Below are positions 57,156 through 64,000 of a stretch of DNA of 64,000 bases, piece after piece. The stretch covers positions 1,766 to 65,765 of the forward strand of contig JAZNDS010000049.1 in NCBI GenBank assembly GCA_045588145.1, read 5' to 3'. Under the pieces are notes generated by a model, which was given only the letters and a program-made list of their open reading frames with translations, did no database searches and was not told the DNA's origin. Source of the DNA: Eubacteriales bacterium. Lineage in GTDB: Bacteria; Bacillota; Clostridia; Oscillospirales; CAG-272. Both the position numbers and the translations under genes were made by a program. Position 1 is the first letter of the stretch. Every line of letters begins with the position of its first letter.

Positions 57156-57548
57156 TCAAGAGTTTTTGAACTCCTCCTCGTCGACCTCCTCCTCAAGCGG
57201 GATCTCCTTCTTTTCGGGGGCGTCCCCCTCCTCGTCCGTGCGGTGGTAAAGGTCGGCCGTCAGCATCGCGTCGCTAAGGTCTAATTCCTCATCCTCGTCA
57301 AGATCCAAGGTCTCATCCAGGTAATCGCTGGGATCGAAGTCGTTTTCCTCCAGGTCCTCCTTCGCCTGCAGGAAAAGGTAGGCCCCGGCGGCTCCCTCCA
57401 TCGCCGAAACGCCGAGGAAGGCGGCGGCAATGCTCTTCTTCTTGGCCCAGAGGATCAAAAAGAGCACGAAAAGGGTAAGCGATTGAATGAGCAAGGAAAC
57501 GGAAACCGCCAAACGGGAGCTTTTCAGCATCGAAATTGCTTTTTTCAT
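57156..57548 (-). CDS. hypothetical membrane protein with acidic tail
   Basis: Two hydrophobic segments then a D/E-rich C-terminus; directly after prfB. Confidence 0.65.
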   Translation of the reverse strand: MKKAISMLKSSRLAVSVSLLIQSLTLFVLFLILWAKKKSIAAAFLGVSAMEGAAGAYLFLQAKEDLEENDFDPSDYLDETLDLDEDEELDLSDAMLTADLYHRTDEEGDAPEKKEIPLEEEVDEEEFKNS

Positions 57549-57557
57549 TGGGTTACC

Positions 57558-58667
57558 TCACTTTGCGTTTTGTTTCAGATATGCGTTGATAAATCCGTCG
57601 ATCTCGCCGTCCATCACGGCGCCGATGTTGGTATCCTCGTATCCCGTACGCGTGTCCTTGGCAAGCGTGTAGGGCATAAAGACGTAGCTGCGGATCTGGG
57701 CGCCCCATTCGATGTTGGTCTTCACCCCTTGGATATCCTCGATGCGCTCCAGCTTTTCTCTCGCCTTGATCTCCATCAGCTTGGATTTCAGCATCTTCAG
57801 GGCGGTCTCCTTGTTCTGCAGCTGGCTCCGCTCGGTCTGACAGCCGACAACGATCCCCGTCGGGATATGCAGGATACGGATGGCCGAGTCGGTCTTGTTG
57901 ATGTGCTGGCCGCCCGCGCCGCTTGAGCGGTGCGCGGTGATCTCGAGATCCTCGTCCTTCAATTCGATCGTGTCGTTATCGTCGGTAAACTCGGGCATGA
58001 CCTCGACCGAGGAGAAGGAGGTGTGGCGGCGGCCCGAGGCGTCAAAGGGCGATACGCGCACCAGGCGGTGCACGCCGTTTTCGCTCTTCAGGTATCCGTA
58101 AGCGTTTTCCCCCTCGATCATGACCGTGGCGCTCTTCAGCCCCGCCTCGTCTCCGTCCAGCCAGTCGATCAGCTTGACGGTGAAGCCGTGCTTCTCCCCC
58201 CAGCGGGTATACATACGGTACAGCATCTGCGCCCAGTCCTGGGCCTCGGTGCCGCCCGCCCCCGGGTGAAAGGAGAGAATGGCGTTATTCTTGTCGTATT
58301 CGCCGGTAAGCAGGGTCTCCAGGCGCATACGCTCGCTTTCCTCTTCCACAAATTTAAGCTCGGAAAGCACCTCGTCGACCGAGCTCTCGTCGTTTTCCTC
58401 GATCGCCATCTCGGCAAGCGTTAAGGTGTCCTCCAGGGTGGATAAAAGCTTATCGTAGGCCTCGCACTTATCCTTCATCTGCTTGATCGACTGCAGGATG
58501 CGGCTGCTTTTCTCCGCGTCTCCCCAGAAATTATCGGCCAGGGTGCTGGCCTCCATTTCCTTGGTCTTTTCCAAGAGATCGTCGTATCGAATGGCGTGCT
58601 TCAGGTCGCTTACCGCCTCGGCAAGCTCCAGAAGACGCCGCTTGGCTTCTTCCAGCGCAACTATCAA
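57558..58667 (-). CDS. prfB: peptide chain release factor 2 (no frameshift)
   Basis: SPF tripeptide, GGQ motif; continuous ORF from TTG with GGAGG RBS. Confidence 0.95.
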   Translation of the reverse strand: MIVALEEAKRRLLELAEAVSDLKHAIRYDDLLEKTKEMEASTLADNFWGDAEKSSRILQSIKQMKDKCEAYDKLLSTLEDTLTLAEMAIEENDESSVDEVLSELKFVEEESERMRLETLLTGEYDKNNAILSFHPGAGGTEAQDWAQMLYRMYTRWGEKHGFTVKLIDWLDGDEAGLKSATVMIEGENAYGYLKSENGVHRLVRVSPFDASGRRHTSFSSVEVMPEFTDDNDTIELKDEDLEITAHRSSGAGGQHINKTDSAIRILHIPTGIVVGCQTERSQLQNKETALKMLKSKLMEIKAREKLERIEDIQGVKTNIEWGAQIRSYVFMPYTLAKDTRTGYEDTNIGAVMDGEIDGFINAYLKQNAK

Positions 58668-58868
58668 GGGATCTTCCTCCGAAAGGTCATATTTTTTAGA
58701 AGGACGGAAAGAATAAGAATATTCGTTTTATCCGTCGACCGTTTTTATTAGTATACCACAAAATAAGCCGCTTTGTAAAGGGGAAGGAAAATTATTTTTT
58801 GCTTGACAATTCAAGAAACTATGGTAAAATGAAGAATAGTATATTTATTATAATATTTGGAGGCTGTT

Positions 58869-59066
58869 ATGAAAGTAACGAGAGAAACGATTATTGGCGA
58901 TATCATTGATTTTAACGCGGGTGTAAAGCCGATCTTTGCCGAGATCGGGATGCACTGCTTCGATTGCCCCGTTTCGCGCATGGAAAGCGTGGAGGAGGCC
59001 TGCGCCGTGCACGAGTGTGACGCGGACGAGCTGATCAAAAAGCTGAACGATTTCCTCGGTGAGTAA
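58869..59066 (+). CDS. DUF1858 domain small protein
   Basis: 'GMHCFDCP....ESVEEACAVH'. Confidence 0.85.
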   Translation: MKVTRETIIGDIIDFNAGVKPIFAEIGMHCFDCPVSRMESVEEACAVHECDADELIKKLNDFLGE

Positions 59067-59787
59067 TCAAAAAGGGGTCGGAGACGGCAGGGTCACGCTG
59101 GACGGGCGCCTTTTAACCGTCGCGGCCCTTGTGCGGCAGGGGGCGGTCTTTGCCGATATCGGTACCGATCACGCCTATTTGCCGCTTTACTTATTACAGA
59201 AGGGGCATATCACGCGTGCCTATGCGTCGGACGTCGCGAGGGGGCCCCTGGAGCGGGCCAGGCGCAACGTGATGGCCGCGGGGCTATTGGCGCGTGTCAC
59301 CCTTCTTCTTGCCGACGGGCTTGCGGGTATGGAGGGCTACGGCCTTACCGATATCGCGATCTGCGGTATGGGGGGCGAGGTGATCGCCTCGATCTTGTCG
59401 CGGGCCCCCTTCGTGAAGGATCCTTCTGTCCGTTTGATCCTGCAGCCGATGACCAGGGTCCCGCTTTTGCGGAAATACCTTTACGAAAACGGCTTTACGG
59501 TCGAAGAGGAGCGTGTGGCGGCATCAAGCGGCAAGATCTATTTTTGCCTTGCGGCCACCTACGGCGCTCCCCCCCGTGTCCCCACCGAGACCGAGATCGA
59601 GATCGGTGCCCCCCGCCTTATCTGCGAAGAGGAGAAGCGTGCGTATCTCGCTTATCTTGGCGCGCAGGAAAGGGTCATCGGGAAGCGGCTGGCGGGGAAG
59701 CGGGAGGGCGGCCTTCCGACCGAAGAGGAGGAGACCCTTCTTCGTGCCCTTCTTTTGGAAAGAGAGCGTGTTGACTATGACGGTTAA
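59059..59787 (+). CDS. trmK: tRNA (adenine22-N1)-methyltransferase
   Basis: 'ADIGTDHAYLP', 'GMGGE', 'LILQPM'; trmK-nif3 synteny. Confidence 0.88.
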   Translation: MSNQKGVGDGRVTLDGRLLTVAALVRQGAVFADIGTDHAYLPLYLLQKGHITRAYASDVARGPLERARRNVMAAGLLARVTLLLADGLAGMEGYGLTDIAICGMGGEVIASILSRAPFVKDPSVRLILQPMTRVPLLRKYLYENGFTVEEERVAASSGKIYFCLAATYGAPPRVPTETEIEIGAPRLICEEEKRAYLAYLGAQERVIGKRLAGKREGGLPTEEEETLLRALLLERERVDYDG

Positions 59788-60535
59788 AGAGCTGTATAAC
59801 GAGCTGTCGGCGCTGTATCCCGCCGCCCTTTCGGCCGAATGGGATAACGATGGGCTGATGTGCTGTCCCGACGGGGAAAAAGAGGTCCTGCGTGTGCTTT
59901 GCGCGCTGGACGCCTCGGACCCTGTGATCGATCATGCGATCGAAAAAGGGTTTGACCTGATCCTTACGCACCATCCGCTGCTGTTTCATAAGATCGGTGC
60001 CTTTACCGAAGCCCTGCCCGAGGCACGTAAGCTGATGAAGCTCTCGGCGGCGGGCATCTCGGTCCTTTCCTTCCATACAAGAGCGGATGTGGCTTCGGGC
60101 GGTGTTAACGACCTTTTGGCCGAGGCTTTGGGGCTTTCGGATATAGAGCCTCTTCCCGGTGGGATCGGCCGCATTGGGACCCTTAAGGAGGAAGCCTCGC
60201 TTTCCGCCTTCGCGAAACGGGTAAAGGACGTGCTTTCTTCTCCCGCGGTGCTGATAGGCGATGCGGGTCGCCCCGTTTTTCGCTGTGCCCTTTGCGGCGG
60301 CAGCGGGAAGGACGAGATCGCCGCAGCCCGTGCGGCAGGGGCCGATACCTTCCTTTCGGGCAGGCTTTCCTATGAGAGCGTGAACGAGGCCGGGGCGCTT
60401 GGCATCAACCTTTTGGAGGCGGGGCATTTTTATACCGAGGACCTGCTTCCGCGCTATTGGGCAAAGGAGCTGCCCCGCCGCTTTTCGGGCCTTTATGCCG
60501 AGCATATAAGCTCCTGCCATATTGAAATCGTGTAA
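59777..60535 (+). CDS. Nif3-like dinuclear metal centre protein
   Basis: 'WDNDGL', 'THHPL', 'HTRAD', 'GHFYTE'. Confidence 0.9.
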   Translation: MTVKELYNELSALYPAALSAEWDNDGLMCCPDGEKEVLRVLCALDASDPVIDHAIEKGFDLILTHHPLLFHKIGAFTEALPEARKLMKLSAAGISVLSFHTRADVASGGVNDLLAEALGLSDIEPLPGGIGRIGTLKEEASLSAFAKRVKDVLSSPAVLIGDAGRPVFRCALCGGSGKDEIAAARAAGADTFLSGRLSYESVNEAGALGINLLEAGHFYTEDLLPRYWAKELPRRFSGLYAEHISSCHIEIV

Positions 60536-60568
60536 AAAACGGCGTAAGCCGAAGAGGAGACAATAATA

Positions 60569-61795
60569 ATGAAAATCTATGACGAGCTGGTCGCCAGAGG
60601 GCTTATCGCCCAGGTGACCGACGAAGACGAGATCCGTGACATGATCGACAACGGCAAGGCCACCTTCTACATTGGCTTTGACCCGACGGCCGACAGCCTG
60701 CACGTCGGCCACTTTATGGCGCTTTGCCTGATGAAGCGCCTGCAGATGGCGGGCAACCGCCCGATCGTTCTGATCGGCGGCGGCACCGCGTATATCGGTG
60801 ACCCCTCGGGGCGTACCGATATGCGCTCGATGATGACGGCCGAGACCATTCAGCATAACTGCGACTGCTTCAAAAAACAGATGAGCCGCTTTATCGACTT
60901 CGGGGAAGGCAAGGCCCTGATGGTCAACAACGCCGATTGGCTTTTGGGGCTTAATTACATCGAGCTGCTTCGTGACGTCGGGGCCTGCTTCTCGGTCAAC
61001 CGTATGCTCAGCGCCGAATGCTATAAGCAGAGAATGGAGAAGGGTCTCTCCTTCCTCGAATTCAACTATATGATCATGCAGAGCTACGACTTCTACCACC
61101 TGTATCAGAACTACGGCTGCAACATGCAGTTCGGCGGCGACGATCAGTGGTCGAATATGCTGGGGGGGACCGAGCTGATCCGCCGCAAGCTGGGTAAGGA
61201 CGCCTACGCCATGACCATCACGCTCCTGCTTAATTCCGAGGGCAAGAAGATGGGCAAGACCGCCTCGGGCGCCGTATGGCTGGATCCCAATAAGACCTCG
61301 CCCTTCGATTTTTATCAGTATTGGCGCAACGTGGGGGATGCCGACGTTTTGAAGTGCATCCGTATGCTGACCTTCCTGCCGCTGGAGGAGATCGATAAGA
61401 TGGATTCCTGGGAGGGCAGCCGTCTGAACGAGGCCAAGGATATCTTGGCGTATGAGCTGACCAAGCTCGTCCACGGCGAGGAAGCGGCCGAGGCCGCGAG
61501 GGCCTCCTCCCGCGCGCTCTTCGGGGGCGGCGGCGAGGGCGATGCCCCCACCACCGTGATCGAAAAGGCCCTTCTGAACGAAGAGGGCGGCTGCGATCTC
61601 ATTTCGCTGATGGTCGCGGCAGGGCTTACGGCCAGCCGCTCCGAGGCGCGGCGCGCCATTGAACAGGGCGGCGTTTCGGTAGACGGCGAAAAGGTTGCCG
61701 ATATCCGTGCGGTGCTTGGCGGAGAGAAGCTTCGCGAGGGGGTCCTGCTTCGCAAGGGCAAAAAGACCTATATGAAGGTCATTCTCGCCGAATAA
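60569..61795 (+). CDS. tyrS: tyrosine--tRNA ligase
   Basis: 'GFDPTADSLHVGH', 'KMGKT', C-terminal S4 domain. Confidence 0.96.
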   Translation: MKIYDELVARGLIAQVTDEDEIRDMIDNGKATFYIGFDPTADSLHVGHFMALCLMKRLQMAGNRPIVLIGGGTAYIGDPSGRTDMRSMMTAETIQHNCDCFKKQMSRFIDFGEGKALMVNNADWLLGLNYIELLRDVGACFSVNRMLSAECYKQRMEKGLSFLEFNYMIMQSYDFYHLYQNYGCNMQFGGDDQWSNMLGGTELIRRKLGKDAYAMTITLLLNSEGKKMGKTASGAVWLDPNKTSPFDFYQYWRNVGDADVLKCIRMLTFLPLEEIDKMDSWEGSRLNEAKDILAYELTKLVHGEEAAEAARASSRALFGGGGEGDAPTTVIEKALLNEEGGCDLISLMVAAGLTASRSEARRAIEQGGVSVDGEKVADIRAVLGGEKLREGVLLRKGKKTYMKVILAE

Positions 61796-61821
61796 CCGAA
61801 TTTTGTAAATAAAACATTTCT

Positions 61822-61850
61822 AAAGCCCGTGGCGTGCCACGGGCTTTTTT
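61822..61850. terminator. terminator between convergent tyrS and dapA
   Basis: AAAGCCCGTGGC-gt-GCCACGGGCTTTTT. Confidence 0.75.
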
Positions 61851-61855
61851 GTCGA

Positions 61856-62764
61856 TCAAGGCAAAAGGGAGGCGGGCAGCGCGCGAAGCGCCTCCTCGAT
61901 CCTTGTCGCGAGCGGGGGTGGCACGGGGGCCAGCGGCAGGCGAAGCTCTCCGCTGTCCAGCGAAAGCTGCGCCATGGCGCATTTTAAGGGGGCGGGGTTG
62001 GTTTCGGCAAACAAAAGGCGGGTGAGGGGAAGCAGCCTTTTCTGCAAAAGGGCCGCCTCCCGCACGCTTCCCTCGGTGAAGAGGCGGTACAGCCGCACGG
62101 CGGCCGACGGGAAGAGGTTCGAAAGCACCGAGATGACCCCCACCCCGCCGAGCGACAGGATCGGCAGAAGCTGGCTGTCGTTGCCGCTGTAGAGGGCCAG
62201 CCTTTCGCCAAAGGCGGCGAAAATATCCGCCCCGCGGTCAATATCGCCCGAGGCCTCCTTGATCCCCACGATGTTCGGATGCTCACAAAGCACCGCCAGC
62301 TGCTCGAGCGAGAGGTTGACCCCTGTGCGGGAGGGGACGTTGTAAAGGATCAGGGGAAGGTCTGTCTCCTCCGCGATCTCCAGATAATGGGTAATGATCC
62401 CCTCCTTGGTTCCCTTGTTGTAATAAGGGGTCACGACAAGCAAAGCGTCGGCCCCGATCTCCTTGGCGGTTTTGGCGGCGGCACGGGCGGTCTTCGTGCT
62501 TTGCGAGCCGGTCCCCGCAAGGATCGGCAGGCGCCCACCCGCCCGCTCGACGGCGGCCTCTAACAGGGCACTCTTTTCCCCCTCGTCAAGCGTGACCGCC
62601 TCGCCCGTCGTGCCGGTGACGACCAGGGCGTCGACCCCCGCGGCGAGCTGGCGGTCGATCTGCTGTAAAAAGGCTTCGATATCCACCTCGTTGTTCCGAA
62701 AGGGGGTGATCAGCGCCGTGGCGACCCCGCGGAAGGGAAGAGGGGCTTTTTTTGAACGGTTCAT
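61856..62764 (-). CDS. dapA: 4-hydroxy-tetrahydrodipicolinate synthase
   Basis: 'GTTGE', 'TPYYNK', 'YNVPSRTG', 'GIKEASG'. Confidence 0.92.
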   Translation of the reverse strand: MNRSKKAPLPFRGVATALITPFRNNEVDIEAFLQQIDRQLAAGVDALVVTGTTGEAVTLDEGEKSALLEAAVERAGGRLPILAGTGSQSTKTARAAAKTAKEIGADALLVVTPYYNKGTKEGIITHYLEIAEETDLPLILYNVPSRTGVNLSLEQLAVLCEHPNIVGIKEASGDIDRGADIFAAFGERLALYSGNDSQLLPILSLGGVGVISVLSNLFPSAAVRLYRLFTEGSVREAALLQKRLLPLTRLLFAETNPAPLKCAMAQLSLDSGELRLPLAPVPPPLATRIEEALRALPASLLP

Positions 62765-62854
62765 ATCTTCTCCTTGTACAAAGGACTTGCAATTCCAATG
62801 AAAATATACTATAATGCTACTGTCATTATATGAAAAGCCGAGGAAAGGTGCTTA

Positions 62855-63928
62855 ATGAAGGACGAAAAGATAATTGTAAACGAACGGGTCGAGACCACCC
62901 TTTCGACGCACGATTTTTATTTTGATCTGCCCGAGGAGCTGATCGCCCAGACCCCGCTTTCCCGGCGGGATGCCTCTCGTTTGCTGGTCCTTGATCGGGA
63001 AAGCGGGGCGCTTTCGCACCGCCATTTCTCGGATATCCTTTCCTACCTGCGGCCCGAGGACGTTCTGGTCGTGAATTCCTCGCGCGTGATCCCCGCCCGC
63101 CTTTTGGGCGAAAACCGAAACGGCGCGCCCATCGAGCTTTTGCTGCTCCGCGCACGGGAGGACGGGAGCTTTGAGACGCTCGTCCGCCCCGGAAAGCGGG
63201 CAAAAGCGGGTGCCACCTTTACCTTTGGCGGGATCCTTGACGCCGAGATACAGGAGGTCCTGCCGGACGGAAACCGTATCGTCTCCTTCCGCTATCCCGC
63301 ATCCTATCACTCGATCTATGAGGTCCTCGACGTTGTCGGGCAGATGCCGCTTCCCCCCTATATCACCGAAAAGCTGAAGGATAAGGAACGGTATCAGACC
63401 GTCTACGCGAAGGAGCGCGGCTCCGCCGCCGCCCCGACCGCGGGCCTGCATTTCACGAACGAGCTGATCGAAAGGGTGAAGGCGAAGGGCACCGCCTTTG
63501 CCGAGGTCACGCTGCACGTAGGGCTTGGGACCTTCCGCCCCGTAAAGGTCGAAAGGCTTACCGACCACTTGATGCATAAAGAGCATTTTCATATCGAAAA
63601 GGAGACCGCCGAGCTTATCAACAGCCGCCGCGCGGCGGGAGGGCGCGTGATCGCCGTCGGAACGACGGCTTGCCGCGTGCTTGAGAGCGTGACCGATGAA
63701 AAAGGTATCGTTCACCCGATGAGTGGGGAAACCGGGATCTTTATCTACCCCGGCTACCGTTTCAAGGCGATCGACGGGCTGATCACCAACTTCCACCTGC
63801 CCGAAAGCACGCTTATCATGCTGGTATCGGCGCTTGCCGGTCGCGAGAATGTGTTAAACGCCTACCGCGAGGCCGTAGAGGAAAGGTATCGCTTTTTCTC
63901 CTTCGGCGACGCGATGCTGATTGTATAA
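62855..63928 (+). CDS. queA: S-adenosylmethionine:tRNA ribosyltransferase-isomerase
   Basis: 'LPEELIAQ', 'MPLPPYI', 'AAPTAGLHF', '[10 protein letters not shown]'. Confidence 0.96.
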   Translation: MKDEKIIVNERVETTLSTHDFYFDLPEELIAQTPLSRRDASRLLVLDRESGALSHRHFSDILSYLRPEDVLVVNSSRVIPARLLGENRNGAPIELLLLRAREDGSFETLVRPGKRAKAGATFTFGGILDAEIQEVLPDGNRIVSFRYPASYHSIYEVLDVVGQMPLPPYITEKLKDKERYQTVYAKERGSAAAPTAGLHFTNELIERVKAKGTAFAEVTLHVGLGTFRPVKVERLTDHLMHKEHFHIEKETAELINSRRAAGGRVIAVGTTACRVLESVTDEKGIVHPMSGETGIFIYPGYRFKAIDGLITNFHLPESTLIMLVSALAGRENVLNAYREAVEERYRFFSFGDAMLIV

Positions 63929-64000
63929 ATTGTGTGATACTTTGTTAAAGCTTCGACTCATAACGCTCGACATAGGTAACTATGCCGTCGCGTTAATCGC

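Noticed and set aside
60536-60568. T-box leaders for tyrS, argS or gltX
   Set aside because: Intergenic gaps are too short and no T-box motif is seen
800-61474. Long antisense ORFs (e.g. 800-2128, 8113-9696, 23171-24598, 45177-46904, 51871-53571, 59675-61474)
   Set aside because: They mirror well-supported genes on the opposite strand, lack recognisable motifs, and are the expected shadows of GC-biased codon usage

Overview
GC-rich chromosomal window from a spore-forming Clostridia-type Firmicute (sigG, ispH-rpsA fusion and iorAB are present). About 60 CDS, mostly housekeeping (gltX, argS, tyrS, prfB, cmk, plsC, dinB, queA, dapA, trmK, rqcH, fumC, malic enzyme, iorAB, oadB). It also holds tRNA-Ser(CGA), tRNA-Val(CAC), a tandem glycine riboswitch and one AT-rich IS200-type element. 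I saw no prophage, CRISPR array or defence island. The most interesting observations are: (1) a LarA-family epimerase-PHP-gnd-PfkB operon that shares an 18-bp upstream motif with an AraC-adjacent pair of Gfo/Idh/MocA dehydrogenases, a candidate aldonate-epimerising route into the pentose-phosphate pathway; (2) a ~152-bp highly structured tandem repeat behind tRNA-Ser carrying inverted copies of the tRNA 3' end; (3) an internal promoter, RBS and ATG inside the ispH-rpsA fusion; (4) a second CMP-kinase-like protein fused to a degenerate ParB/Srx-like domain; (5) an unannotated 51-aa OadG-like gene; (6) two unassigned structured RNA candidates. All family calls are motif recognition by eye; no searches were run.
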